Notes: a model not told the origin generated them from the sequence alone. Positions 48,017 through 58,585 are shown, counted from the stretch's first letter. The stretch: 64,000 bases of DNA from a candidate division WOR-3 bacterium (GCA_965649295.1 CBFGKH010000010.1:18054-82053); one strand, 5' to 3'. Program-made: numbers and translations.

Positions 48017-49168
48017 CTACCAGGCAGTACCTTTAATCATCTCCGACGCGATGACCAGTCGCTGAATCTGATTCGTCCCTTCGTAAATTTGGGTTATCTT
48101 AGCATCCCGCATCATCTTCTCGACCGGATAATCGCGCATGTAGCCGTAGCCGCCGAAGATCTGGACAGCATCGGTAGTTACCTTCATGGCCGTATCCGAA
48201 GCAAGGACCTTGGCCATCGAGGCAATCGCCGAGATGTTCTTCATGCCCGCATCTGCCGCCCGCGCCGCCTGATAGATAAGGGCGCGCGACGATTCAACGG
48301 CAATCGCCATGTCGGCCAGCATCAACTGAATTGCCTGGAAACTGGAAATTGGCTGGCCAAACTGAATGCGCGTCTTGGCATACTCAAGCGCCTCATCAAG
48401 CGCACCGGCCGCGATGCCAAGAGCCTGGGCAGCAACACCTGGCCGGGTCCGGTCAAATGTCTTCATGGTATGGACGAACCCCAGCCCCTCCTTACCGCCG
48501 ATAAGATTCTCCGCTGGTACGCGGCAGTCCTGAAAGACCAACTCGGCAGTCTTGGAGCAGCGAATGCCCATCTTGTCCTCAATCTTGCCGTAGCCAAGAC
48601 CCGGCGTGCCGTCTTCGACGATAAATCCTGACAGGCCACGCGCTCCCTTAGCTGGATTGGTGCTGGCAATCACTGTGTATATCTTCGCGACGCTGCCGTT
48701 GGTTATGAACTGCTTCGTACCGTTGAGCACGTAGTAGTCACCCTGGCGAACGGCCCGCGTCTTGACGCTGGCGGTATCTGACCCAGCACCAGCCTCGGTG
48801 ATGGCAAAGCCGGCAATCTCACCAGCAGCCAGCCGCGGCAGATAGCGCTGCTTCTGTTCTTCAGTTCCACCAACGATTATGGGAAACGTCCCAAGACCAC
48901 AGGCGGCGTAGCAGAGTCCAGCCGCACCATCAACCCGGCAGAGCTCCTCAACTACGAGACACATCTCCATTATGCCACCGCCAAGCCCGCCATACTGCTC
49001 AGGGATATAGACTCCCATCAAACCAAGCTCACCCATCTCCTTGAGCAGGCCAAATGGAAACTCACCGGTCCGATCTAGCTCAGCCCGCAGCGGCTTCATT
49101 TTCTCTTGGGCGAATCGCCGCGCTAGGTCACGAATCTCCTTCTGAGTCTCGGTCAGGAAATACTCCAC
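48017..49168 (-). CDS. Short-chain acyl-CoA dehydrogenase (butyryl-CoA dehydrogenase-like)
   Basis: FAITEAGAGSD, NGTKQFITN, QIFGGYGY, IYEGTNQIQR. Confidence 0.92.
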   Translation of the reverse strand: MEYFLTETQKEIRDLARRFAQEKMKPLRAELDRTGEFPFGLLKEMGELGLMGVYIPEQYGGLGGGIMEMCLVVEELCRVDGAAGLCYAACGLGTFPIIVGGTEEQKQRYLPRLAAGEIAGFAITEAGAGSDTASVKTRAVRQGDYYVLNGTKQFITNGSVAKIYTVIASTNPAKGARGLSGFIVEDGTPGLGYGKIEDKMGIRCSKTAELVFQDCRVPAENLIGGKEGLGFVHTMKTFDRTRPGVAAQALGIAAGALDEALEYAKTRIQFGQPISSFQAIQLMLADMAIAVESSRALIYQAARAADAGMKNISAIASMAKVLASDTAMKVTTDAVQIFGGYGYMRDYPVEKMMRDAKITQIYEGTNQIQRLVIASEMIKGTAW

Positions 49169-49293
49169 GGTTGCGTTCTCCTTGATTGTAGGCTACTTTG
49201 GCTGGCCGGTCCGATAACTGGGCACACTCGTCACGGCCAATCTATCAAGGCAAGTATTGCGAGAATTGACGCACTGTCAACGCGGGCCGCAGC

Positions 49294-50559
49294 CTAAGCT
49301 TTGGCCGTAAGTCCGCGCGCACCAATGTCAGTACGATATACCATCCCATCGAAACGGACCCGACTCAGAGCAGCATAAGCACGTTCTCGCGCTTGCAACA
49401 GAGTATCGCCAATACCAGTCACTCCCAGAACCCGTCCACCGTTGGCGACGACTTTCCCACCCTGCATCTCGGTCCCAGCATGAAAGACGATGACGTCATC
49501 AGTTCCCACGTCATCGCCACTGATTGGCATTCCGCGAGGATACATCCCGGGATAGCCACTGGCCGCTGCCACAACGCACAACGCGGAGCGTGTTGACCAT
49601 TGCGCCGAAGCTTTGCCCAACCGTCCCTCAACACAAGCCATCGCCAACTCGGCCAGATCGGTCTGCAAAAGGGGCAGGACTGCCTGCGTCTCAGGGTCGC
49701 CGAAACGGCAGTTGAACTCAAGCACCCGTGGCCCGCTGGCGGTCAACATCAGGCCGGCATAGATCACTCCGCGATACTCGATACCGTGCCGGGTTAGTGT
49801 CGCCAACAATGGCTCAAACACAGTTGCTCGCACCTGTTCGACAACACTAGTAGTGACAACCGGAGCCGGCGCATACGCCCCCATTCCCCCAGTGTTCGGG
49901 CCGCAATCGCCATCAGCCAACCGCTTGTGGTCTTGGGCCGGCAACATTAGCAGCACCTGCCGGCCATCGCAGAACGCCATCAAAGACGCCTCCTCACCTT
50001 CTAGATACTCCTCAATCACCACTGTCTGACCTGCCGACCCGAACTGGCCATCAACCAGCATTGCCCGCACCGCTGCGACCGCCACAGCCGGGGATGTGGC
50101 AACAACCACCCCCTTGCCGGCTGCCAGACCAGCCGCCTTAACCACAACCGGTGACTTTCCTTGTTCGATGTAGTTGACAGCCGAATCAACATCGGTGAAC
50201 GCGGCAAACCTGGCCGTCGGTATCCCGGCCTGTTCCATCAGTTCCTTGGCGAACCGCTTGTCGCCCTCAAGCCGAGCTGCTGCCGCATTTGGGCCAAACA
50301 AGACCAGTCCATGCCGGGAGAACTCATCCGCAATACCAGCACAGAGCGGCGCCTCCGGCCCAACGATGGTCAAATCAATAGCCTGATTGCGGGCAAAATC
50401 CGCCAGCCCGGCGCTATCGTCAGCGGCAATGCTCACCCGCTGCGCCAACCGACCGATTCCCGCATTGCCGGGCGCACACCAGACGCGGTGGCCGAACCGG
50501 GCCAGAGACCAGACGATGGCGTGCTCGCGTCCCCCGCTGCCGACGACGAGAATCCTCAA
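49294..50559 (-). CDS. purD: Phosphoribosylamine-glycine ligase
   Basis: [47 protein letters not shown]. Confidence 0.96.
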   Translation of the reverse strand: MRILVVGSGGREHAIVWSLARFGHRVWCAPGNAGIGRLAQRVSIAADDSAGLADFARNQAIDLTIVGPEAPLCAGIADEFSRHGLVLFGPNAAAARLEGDKRFAKELMEQAGIPTARFAAFTDVDSAVNYIEQGKSPVVVKAAGLAAGKGVVVATSPAVAVAAVRAMLVDGQFGSAGQTVVIEEYLEGEEASLMAFCDGRQVLLMLPAQDHKRLADGDCGPNTGGMGAYAPAPVVTTSVVEQVRATVFEPLLATLTRHGIEYRGVIYAGLMLTASGPRVLEFNCRFGDPETQAVLPLLQTDLAELAMACVEGRLGKASAQWSTRSALCVVAAASGYPGMYPRGMPISGDDVGTDDVIVFHAGTEMQGGKVVANGGRVLGVTGIGDTLLQARERAYAALSRVRFDGMVYRTDIGARGLTAKA

Positions 50560-51128
50560 TGCTTGAGCAAACGCTCCAGTCCGGCGGCCTTCATTGCCGC
50601 GGCCCAGCTACCAAAGTAACGGACTGCAGCCGCGTGCAGAATTCGATACTTGGCCCGAACCGGAATAGTCGTGGCAAGATTCAGCCCTGTGCGTCGCACC
50701 CTTCGAATCTCGCGGATGACCGCGGCTCGCGACCAATCGCGCTGTCGCTTAATCTGAGAATAATCAAGACCGGCGGCAGAAATTGCCTTCCGCCACGAAC
50801 CGAAATAGGCCGAGGCCGCGCCAACGAGACCGCCGTGCTCACGCTCAGCCGCACTGACGTTGAGTGACGCACCTGCCCGGTGCAGCTCGCGAATCCGTTC
50901 AACAACGCGCTGACGGTCCCAGAAGTTCTTTCGCCGGATCTGCGAATAGTCATAGCCGGCCTCAGTCACCGCCTTCTCCCAACTGCCAATATAGCGGCGA
51001 CCAGCATAGGCCAATGCCGGGTAGTTGCGAGCGATGTAACCGGAGTTCAGGGGAACCCCGCGGGCGTGCAGCTCGTGAATCAGCCGCAGCACCTCTTCTT
51101 TCGACCAACGTTTATAAGCACGTTTCAC
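50556..51128 (-). CDS. Basic protein with three tandem ~62-aa repeats (resembles the homing-endonuclease-associated repeat)
   Basis: Three copies of W..(E/A)V...I..L...G..LN.....L..A...Y(F/I)GSW..A...AG. GGAGG RBS before GTG 51128. Stop overlaps the purD start. Confidence 0.75.
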   Translation of the reverse strand: MKRAYKRWSKEEVLRLIHELHARGVPLNSGYIARNYPALAYAGRRYIGSWEKAVTEAGYDYSQIRRKNFWDRQRVVERIRELHRAGASLNVSAAEREHGGLVGAASAYFGSWRKAISAAGLDYSQIKRQRDWSRAAVIREIRRVRRTGLNLATTIPVRAKYRILHAAAVRYFGSWAAAMKAAGLERLLKH

Positions 51129-51226
51129 AGGGCCTCCCACAGCAATCTACAGCAGTCACCGAACTTGTCAATAGGCTTGTCACAATCCGGTCTTGACTTC
51201 GGATTGCCGAACCCTATCATCCAGCC

Positions 51227-53299
51227 ATGCCGTCACTACTTCTCGAAATCGGCACTGAGGAATTGCCAGCATCATTTCAGCGGCCAGCGGCAACCGAGCT
51301 TGAGCAGCGTCTCCGGCAACTGCTCAGTGAACACCGCATTCCAACCGGACCGAGCCAGATCTTCCATGCACCACGTCGCCTAGCGGTGCGGTTTGCCGAC
51401 GTGGCCGAAGAGAAATCGGCGGCCGAGATCGAGGTCCAAGGTCCGCCGCGTAAGGCGGCACTCGCTGCCGACGGCTCGCCAACTAAAACTGCCATCGGTT
51501 TCGCCCGGGCCCATGGAAAAGAGCCGGCCGACCTCTACACCAAGGAGACGCCCCGCGGCGAATACATCTTTGTCCGCAAACTGCTACCAGCTGTGCCCAC
51601 AACAGCGATTCTTCAGTCCGAGCTGCCCGGCCTAATAGCCGGCCTGCCTCTGCCCAAATCAATGCGCTGGACACCAACCAACCTGAGTTTCGCTCGCCCA
51701 ATCCGCTGGCTCCTCTGCCTGCTCGGCAACCAGCCAGTCCCGTTTAGTCTCGATGGCATCACCGCTGGCAGCACAACTTTCGGTCATCGCAACTTCACCG
51801 CGGGCCCAATTCCAGTACCCGACGCCGACCAATACGAGGCCGCGCTGACTGCCTGGCGAGTGATACCCAGTCCCGAGGCTCGGCGCCAGCGCATCGTTGC
51901 CGAGCTGAACCGCCTGAGCACCGAGATCAACGGCACCGTCGTGCTCGACGAGGAACTGCTTGAGGAGACAATCGGCGTCACCGAGTATCCAGAACCGATT
52001 CGCTGCTCATTCGCGCCGGACTACCTCGACATCCCTGAGGAGGTCCTGGTAACCGCCCTCAAGAAGCACCAGCGCTGCTTCGCAATTCGGCACCAAGATG
52101 GAACAGGACTGCTACCTGCTTTCATCGCCGTAACCAACACACCCGGCTGCAACCGGCAGTTAGTCACCACCTGGTACGAGAAGGCAATTGAATCCCGCCT
52201 GCGCGACGCACGCTTCTTCTTCCAGACCGACCTCAAACTCGGCCTGGTGCCTTTGGTCGAGGAAGAGAAACGCGTCGTCTGGATTGAGGGCATGGGTAGC
52301 TACTTCGATAAGACCGAACGGCTGCGTCGGCTCTGCCGTTACCTCGTCGGCGCAGTTCCCAATGCCGACCCCGCCGCCCTTGACCGGGCCGCACTCTTAG
52401 CCAAGACCGACCTGCTCACCAACATGGTGCGCGAGAAAGAGTTCACGTCCCTGCAGGGCCGAATCGGCGGCATCTACGCGCGACTCCTCGGCGAGTCCGA
52501 AACAGTTGCCACCGCCATCGCCGAGCAGTATCTGCCCAACTACATCGGCGACGAACTACCTAAGACCCGGACCGGTGCGCTCCTCGCCATCGCCGACAAA
52601 ATCGACAACATCGTCGCCACCTTTCTCACCGGCAACATTCCCACCGGCTCGGAGGACCCATTTGCCCTGCGGCGCCAGGCTACTGGCCTGTTGCTCATCA
52701 TCATCGAGCACCAACTGCCCATCAGTCTCGACGAACTCCTCCAGACCGGCATCAACCTATTTCCCAACCACAACCAGGAATACGCCTCTGCCCTGCCCCC
52801 ATTCTTCCGCGAGCGCGTTGCCAGTCTTATCGCCGACTCTGGCATCGCCTACGACATCGCTGCTGCCGTATTAGAGACCGCCTGGACCGAACCGGTTCTG
52901 GCCATAGCCCGTGCCCGAGCGCTCGCCGCCTACCGCAGCCGGCCCGAATTCGAACGGCTGATCGTCGGCCAAAAACGGGTCGCCAACATTCTCCGTAAAG
53001 AAGAAATCACCGGCCAACCCGACCCCTCACGTTTCACCGAATCAGCCGAGCGCCAGCTTTGGAACCAAGCTCAGGCTGCCGAACCCGAACTCGTTGCCGC
53101 CCTCGACGACCACGACTACGAAAAGGCCTTCCGCCTGCTGCTTGAACTGCGGCCAACGATTGACCGCTTCTTCGACGAAGTGCTAGTAATGGACAACGAC
53201 CAGGCAATACGCACCAACCGGCTGCAACTACTCAGCTATGTCCGCTCCCTTTTTGGCCGCGTTGCCGACCTCTCCCGCATTGTAGTTGACGGCGAGTAG
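51227..53299 (+). CDS. glyS: Glycine-tRNA ligase beta subunit
   Basis: LLEIGTEELP, PRRL, MRW...FARPIRW, GSEDPFALRRQA, C-terminal NRLQLL. Promoter TTGACT-16-TATCAT lies 6 nt upstream. Confidence 0.95.
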   Translation: MPSLLLEIGTEELPASFQRPAATELEQRLRQLLSEHRIPTGPSQIFHAPRRLAVRFADVAEEKSAAEIEVQGPPRKAALAADGSPTKTAIGFARAHGKEPADLYTKETPRGEYIFVRKLLPAVPTTAILQSELPGLIAGLPLPKSMRWTPTNLSFARPIRWLLCLLGNQPVPFSLDGITAGSTTFGHRNFTAGPIPVPDADQYEAALTAWRVIPSPEARRQRIVAELNRLSTEINGTVVLDEELLEETIGVTEYPEPIRCSFAPDYLDIPEEVLVTALKKHQRCFAIRHQDGTGLLPAFIAVTNTPGCNRQLVTTWYEKAIESRLRDARFFFQTDLKLGLVPLVEEEKRVVWIEGMGSYFDKTERLRRLCRYLVGAVPNADPAALDRAALLAKTDLLTNMVREKEFTSLQGRIGGIYARLLGESETVATAIAEQYLPNYIGDELPKTRTGALLAIADKIDNIVATFLTGNIPTGSEDPFALRRQATGLLLIIIEHQLPISLDELLQTGINLFPNHNQEYASALPPFFRERVASLIADSGIAYDIAAAVLETAWTEPVLAIARARALAAYRSRPEFERLIVGQKRVANILRKEEITGQPDPSRFTESAERQLWNQAQAAEPELVAALDDHDYEKAFRLLLELRPTIDRFFDEVLVMDNDQAIRTNRLQLLSYVRSLFGRVADLSRIVVDGE

Positions 53300-53329
53300 G
53301 CATCAACCGACCCCAGCCGCTGCTCGGCT

Positions 53330-53842
53330 GTGAACAGCAACTCTGTCAGCACCACCACTATTGCCACTGTCGGAAGCCCCGCTGCGCGCATCCGGCACGG
53401 CCTCCTCGCCCTCAGCCTTTGCCTACTCGTAACAACCGGATGTCAACCATCAATACGGCCGAAAAGGCGACTTCCCTTGCCCCGCACCCGGCTCACAATC
53501 AAAGGCCACACTGCCTACGTTGAACTCGCCCGGCTGCCCCATGAACGCAACCTCGGCCTGATGTACCGGCACAAACTCGCACCCGACTCCGGTATGCTCT
53601 TCATCTTCGACCGCGACGAGACACTCCGTTTCTGGATGCGCAACACCTACATCCCCCTCAGCATCGCCTTCTGCGACAGCAGTGGTATCATCACCGACAT
53701 CCTCGACATGGCACCACTCGACGACACGACCGACTACTCATCATCCCAGCCAGTCCGCTTTGCCCTCGAAATGAACCAGGGCTGGTTCGCAACCCGTGCC
53801 ATCACCCCAGGCGATACCATCCACAACATTCCCAAACCCTGA
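53330..53842 (+). CDS. DUF192 family protein, possible lipoprotein
   Basis: VELA...GLMYR...GMLFIF...FWMRNTYIPLSIAF, LEMNQGWF; LVTTGC lipobox-like motif. Confidence 0.85.
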   Translation: MNSNSVSTTTIATVGSPAARIRHGLLALSLCLLVTTGCQPSIRPKRRLPLPRTRLTIKGHTAYVELARLPHERNLGLMYRHKLAPDSGMLFIFDRDETLRFWMRNTYIPLSIAFCDSSGIITDILDMAPLDDTTDYSSSQPVRFALEMNQGWFATRAITPGDTIHNIPKP

Positions 53843-54485
53843 CCGCCAACAGATACGAATACGCCCCGCCCAGCGGCCGGTTGTCCAACCGCAGTATCGG
53901 CGATGCCGAAACTGCACTCTCGTATAGCCCGCGGTAACCTGCCACACCCGATGAGGCATCACACCCCTCATTCCCTCCGGATTCTCGACTAGCGAGAGAC
54001 TTCCGCACTACAGTCGCAGACCACTGTCTGATTCGCACCACAAGTAACCTCACCACTACTGCCGCTTCTCAAATCGGGTGTCCTCTGACACATTCCTCCG
54101 CCACTACCACTTATGCTCATCCCCATTCTCGAATAGTTGCTCAACCAACTACTGTATAAGCATTTAGAATCACAGCTTACCACAAGTCTGCCTCCACCAC
54201 CCAATCTCAGGCTTGCCCCGAGACTGACTGGGGGAGTCACCCTCCCCTCTCGGTTCAACTCGACCCCATGCATAACAAACACCTGCTCAACCGGATACCA
54301 ACGCGTCCCAGTAATCGTCCAGTGGCTGCTCCACCCATCATCCGTCTTGTCTTCACTTAGCTCCTCAGCTATGCGTTCAACCATCTCGAAGCCTGCCCGA
54401 GCTACCGCGAGAACTGGCGAACCTAACTTGACCACCTCCGCAGCTTGTCTAGAATCAGGCACACACCAGGACAAAGGAGTAACCA

Positions 54486-54923
54486 ATGGCCACTTGCCCG
54501 TTCTGTGAAATCGTCGCCGGCCGAGCACCGGCAAGAAAGGTCTATGAGGACGAACAAACCCTCGCCTTCCTCGACCTACACCCCATCTCCCGCGGCCACA
54601 CGCTTGTTATTCCCAAGAAGCACATCCAGTGGTTCACCGACATCGAACCACAGGACGGAATCGCCGGCCCGTTTCTGAAGACCTGCTACATTGTCGCCCG
54701 CAAAATCAAGCACGCATTCAACTGCGAATACGTCACGATGCTCATTCGCGGCACCCGTGTGCCCCACCTGCACATGCTGCTCATCCCCACCATCAAGGGA
54801 GAAGAGAATCTGCTCGACCGAACCCTGGCCCTCCACCACTTCGCCCAAGTACGGATGAAGGAACCGTTCACTGCTGCCGAGCTCGACGAGATTGCCGAAA
54901 AGATAAAGTCGGCCAGTGTCTAA
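54486..54923 (+). CDS. HIT family protein
   Basis: CPFC, AFLDLHPISRGHTLVIPKKH, VPHLHML. AAGGAG RBS; promoter TTGACC-16-TAGAAT. Confidence 0.88.
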   Translation: MATCPFCEIVAGRAPARKVYEDEQTLAFLDLHPISRGHTLVIPKKHIQWFTDIEPQDGIAGPFLKTCYIVARKIKHAFNCEYVTMLIRGTRVPHLHMLLIPTIKGEENLLDRTLALHHFAQVRMKEPFTAAELDEIAEKIKSASV

Positions 54924-55644
54924 CCCTGCGTCCGCCGCCCGGCACCCTGGCCGCTGGCACGACCGCCTCTTTGTCCGCGTCTGGGACGCCCAGCCGATCA
55001 ACCTGCTCAAGGCCGAACAACTCGATATCCTCATCGCGGCCATGGCCGCGAGCTGGCGCCGCCGCAGCCGCATCCTCAATCTCGGTTGCGGCACCGGCAA
55101 ACTGGAAGCTCTCGTACTGAAGCGCCTGCCTGACGCCCAATTTCTTAGCGTTGATCGTTCAGAAGTGATGCTCGAACTGGCCCGCAAGCGCCTTCGCCGC
55201 CACCAGCAGTCCTGTCGCTTCCTCATTGCCGACCTCAGCCGCCTAAGCACTGCCAACACTGGTCGCGGTCGGTTCCGCTTCATCACTGCTGTTGACGTCC
55301 TCCACGAACTCCCACCGCCGGCCCAACAGCGCTTGTTTCGATTCTGCCATGCCCGGCTCAGCCGTAACGGTCTGCTGCTCTTACTTGACCGGGTAGCCTT
55401 GGACCTGGCCTGTCTCCGCCGGCCGCTCACTGGAGTGCTCCGCCGTCTTCAGCAGGTGACAGCATTGCGTACCGGTCAACTCAGCGACTCCTTTCTTGAC
55501 CCGCGTCAGCAGGACCACGAGCACCCGCTCACCCTCACCGCCTGTCTGGCCAGCCTGGAGCGGGCCGGGTTGAAACCGGCAGTACTCCATCACCACCTGC
55601 ACAAGACCCTGATTGCTGCTGTCCCCTACCAGAGCTGCACCTGA
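54916..55644 (+). CDS. Class I SAM-dependent methyltransferase
   Basis: ILNLGCGTG, VDRSEVMLELA, ADL, VLHEL. Confidence 0.8.
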   Translation: MSNPASAARHPGRWHDRLFVRVWDAQPINLLKAEQLDILIAAMAASWRRRSRILNLGCGTGKLEALVLKRLPDAQFLSVDRSEVMLELARKRLRRHQQSCRFLIADLSRLSTANTGRGRFRFITAVDVLHELPPPAQQRLFRFCHARLSRNGLLLLLDRVALDLACLRRPLTGVLRRLQQVTALRTGQLSDSFLDPRQQDHEHPLTLTACLASLERAGLKPAVLHHHLHKTLIAAVPYQSCT

Positions 55645-55717
55645 CAACACTGTCGAGCCCTGGCCTCCGCACTCTGCGGCCTTGACTCTGTCTCTGGCTC
55701 TGCTAGACTACGCGCCC

Positions 55718-56815
55718 ATGCCCAAATTGACCCCATTCCACGACCGCCACGTCGCCAACGGCGGCCGGCTAGTGGAGTTTGCTGGCTACGAACTGCCCAT
55801 CCAGTTCCGGGGGATCATCCCTGAGCACCAGCGCGTCCGCACCACGGTCGGTGTCTTCGATGTCTCGCACATGGGGCGGATCGAGGTCCGCGGCCGTGAC
55901 GCCCTAGCTTGGCTCAACCGGATGGCCACTAACGACGTCAGCCAGCTTGCCCCATATCAGGCCCAATACTCGATTCTTTGTTACCCGGACGGCGGGATTG
56001 TTGACGACCTCGTTGTCTATCGCCTGCCTGATTACTGGCTCCTCGTCGTCAACGGCGCCAACAACGCCAAGGACACCGCCTGGCTCAAAGAACACCTGAC
56101 CGGCGATGTCCAGCTCACCAACCGCACCGACGAGATTGCCCAGCTTGCCATTCAGGGCCCCAAAGCCGAGCCGGCGATGCAGAAAATCGTCTCGGTGCCG
56201 CTCGCCCGACTCGGTTTCTACTGCTCAGTCTTAGCTGAGGTTGCTGACGTTCCGACACTTATCTCACGCACCGGCTACACTGGTGAGGACGGATTCGAGT
56301 TCTACTTTCCAGCCACTGCCGCCGACCAGGTCTGGGATGCCATTTTTGCCGCTGGTCGCGAGTTTGAGATTGAACCGATTGGACTGGGCGCCCGCGATAC
56401 CCTGAGAATGGAAATGAAGATGGTGCTGTACGGCAATGACATTGATCAGACTACCAATCCGCTAGAGGCCGGCTTGGGTTGGGTTGTCGCCCTCGCCAAG
56501 CCCGACGGGTTCATCGGCAGCGATGCTTTGCGCCGCATCGAAGCCGAGAAACCCAAACGCCGGCTCGTCTGCCTGGAGATGATTGACCAGGCTATTCCGC
56601 GGCCACACTACGACATCTTCAGCGCCGATCGTCGGGTAGGCGAGGTGACAAGCGGGACACTCTCGCCGTCACTTGGCAAGGGCATTGCCCTCGGCTACGT
56701 CGAAAGAGAGCTGAGCAAGGCCGGTACCGAGCTTGACATTGACATTCGCGGCCGCCGTGCCCGGGCGGTGGTCGTGAAACCGCCCTTCTACAAGAATGGT
56801 TCACGCAAACGCTAA
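55718..56815 (+). CDS. gcvT: Glycine cleavage system T protein
   Basis: FDVSHMG, SRTGYTGEDGFE, GLGARDTLRME. Start ATG 55718 lies 8 nt after TTGACT-16-TAGACT. Confidence 0.96.
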   Translation: MPKLTPFHDRHVANGGRLVEFAGYELPIQFRGIIPEHQRVRTTVGVFDVSHMGRIEVRGRDALAWLNRMATNDVSQLAPYQAQYSILCYPDGGIVDDLVVYRLPDYWLLVVNGANNAKDTAWLKEHLTGDVQLTNRTDEIAQLAIQGPKAEPAMQKIVSVPLARLGFYCSVLAEVADVPTLISRTGYTGEDGFEFYFPATAADQVWDAIFAAGREFEIEPIGLGARDTLRMEMKMVLYGNDIDQTTNPLEAGLGWVVALAKPDGFIGSDALRRIEAEKPKRRLVCLEMIDQAIPRPHYDIFSADRRVGEVTSGTLSPSLGKGIALGYVERELSKAGTELDIDIRGRRARAVVVKPPFYKNGSRKR

Positions 56816-56838
56816 CGGTCTAGTTTTCGGGAGGAATC

Positions 56839-57234
56839 TTGGCCAATATACCCGCTGAACTCAAATACTCCAAGACCCACGAGTGGGTCCGGCTCGAAGG
56901 TAACATTGCCACTGTCGGCATCACCGATTTTGCCCAGAGCGAGCTTTCCGATATCGTCTATGTTGAAGTAACTGCAGTTGGCCGTACCGTCAAGGCCCAG
57001 GAACCGATTGGGACGATCGAGGCGGTCAAGGCGGTCTCCGACCTTTATGCGCCGGTTGCCGGTACAGTCGTGGCCGGTAACGACGCCCTCAAAGACTCGC
57101 CGGCCACCGTCAACCAAGACCCCTATGGGGCTGGCTGGATTGCCCAAATCAAGGTCAGCGGCCCCGAAGCCCTTGCCGGCCTGCTCGACGCATCAGCCTA
57201 CGAGGAACTGGTCAAGAAGTCAGCCCATCACTAG
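56839..57234 (+). CDS. gcvH: Glycine cleavage system H protein
   Basis: YSKTHEW, GITDFAQ, EAVKA lipoyl-Lys, NQDPYGAGW. Confidence 0.96.
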   Translation: MANIPAELKYSKTHEWVRLEGNIATVGITDFAQSELSDIVYVEVTAVGRTVKAQEPIGTIEAVKAVSDLYAPVAGTVVAGNDALKDSPATVNQDPYGAGWIAQIKVSGPEALAGLLDASAYEELVKKSAHH

Positions 57235-57240
57235 TCGCTG

Positions 57241-58584
57241 ATGACATTCGTTCCCCACACTCCCGCTGACCGCCGGCAAATGCTAGCGGCAATCGGCGTC
57301 AGCTCGGTCAAGGAACTCTTCGCCACTATCCCGGCTGAGCTTCGGCTAAAGCAGCCGCTCGACCTGCCGCCGCCGCTCTCAGAACCCGAAGCCGTCGCTG
57401 AGCTCGAACGGTTGGCAGGAATGAACGTAGGCACCGACCGACTGGTCTGCTTTGCCGGTGCCGGCGCCTACGATCACTACATCCCAGCAATCGTTGACTC
57501 AGTCATCGCCAAACCGGAGTTCTACACCGCCTACACTCCCTATCAGGCTGAAGTAAGCCAGGGCACATTGCAAGCAATCTACGAATTCCAGTCACTCGTC
57601 TGCCGCCTATACGGCATGGAAGTAGCGAACGCCTCGATGTACGACTGCGCCTCGGCCCTGGCCGAGGCCGTGCATATGGCCCGCGACATTACTGGCCGAC
57701 CGCGAGTGCTGGTAGCCAGTAGCGTCCATCCCCACTACCTCGCCGTCATCCGCACCTATGCTCACGGCCTAGGCATCCCGATTGATATCTTGCCGCTTGC
57801 CAACGCTACCGCGGACACTGCCACGCTGACACGAAACATCACCGTTGAAACCGCTGCGCTGGTGATTCAACATCCGAACTTCTTCGGGCTACTCGAACCA
57901 GTACGTGAACTGAGCAATGCTGCCCACGCTGCTGGCGCCCTGCTAATAGTGGCTGCCAATCCAATCTCTCTTGGCATTCTCGAACCGCCCGGCGCCTACG
58001 ACACCGACATCGCGGTCGGCGAAGGCCAGCCTCTTGGCATACCACTCAACTTCGGTGGTCCCTATCTTGGGATAATGGCCACGAAACGTAAGTTCATACG
58101 CAACCTACCAGGCCGAATCGTCGCCCGCACGACCGACACCGTTGGTCAGACCGGCTACGTACTTGCTCTACAGACGCGCGAGCAACACATCCGCCGCGAA
58201 CGGGCATCTTCCAACATCTGCACCAATCAAGCTCTCTGCGCGCTTGCTGCCAGCGTCTATCTCGCCGTGATGGGCAGAACCGGACTGCGAGAAGTAGCAA
58301 GACAGTGCTTGGCCAAAGCCCACTACCTCGCTTACCGAATTGCCCAAATCCCCGGCTTCAAAACCGAGACTATCGGCCCGTTCTTCAACGAGTTTGTCGT
58401 TCAGACCCCGCTCCCTGCTGCCCAAGTTATTGCTCGCGGCGTTGAAAACGACATCCTTGCCGGTGTTGACCTCGGCCGCTTCAACCCCGAATGGCAGCAC
58501 CGCCTGTTGGTCGCCGTAACCGAGCGCCGCACCCGGGCTGAGCTTGACCGCTACTATGATTTCCTCAAGGAGCTTGCCGCCTAA
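57241..58584 (+). CDS. gcvPA: Glycine dehydrogenase subunit 1
   Basis: [41 protein letters not shown]. Confidence 0.96.
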   Translation: MTFVPHTPADRRQMLAAIGVSSVKELFATIPAELRLKQPLDLPPPLSEPEAVAELERLAGMNVGTDRLVCFAGAGAYDHYIPAIVDSVIAKPEFYTAYTPYQAEVSQGTLQAIYEFQSLVCRLYGMEVANASMYDCASALAEAVHMARDITGRPRVLVASSVHPHYLAVIRTYAHGLGIPIDILPLANATADTATLTRNITVETAALVIQHPNFFGLLEPVRELSNAAHAAGALLIVAANPISLGILEPPGAYDTDIAVGEGQPLGIPLNFGGPYLGIMATKRKFIRNLPGRIVARTTDTVGQTGYVLALQTREQHIRRERASSNICTNQALCALAASVYLAVMGRTGLREVARQCLAKAHYLAYRIAQIPGFKTETIGPFFNEFVVQTPLPAAQVIARGVENDILAGVDLGRFNPEWQHRLLVAVTERRTRAELDRYYDFLKELAA

Positions 58585-58585
58585 G

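Noticed and set aside
49266-49280. TTGAC-GCACT-GTCAA dyad as an operator for the acyl-CoA dehydrogenase unit
   Set aside because: Only 5-bp arms, one of which is the -35 box itself; no second copy noticed.
53989-54534. ORFs 53989-54534 (-) and 54137-54508 (+)
   Set aside because: No recognisable motifs, Ser/Thr/Gly-biased composition, and both overlap the HIT promoter and gene.
2815-55430. Long antisense ORFs (2815-3480, 6579-7172, 12707-13393, 47984-48631, 54576-55430 and similar)
   Set aside because: Shadow frames of well-supported genes in GC-rich DNA.
55645-55717. Glycine riboswitch upstream of gcvT
   Set aside because: The gap is only ~70 nt and is occupied by a promoter abutting the ATG; no aptamer consensus.
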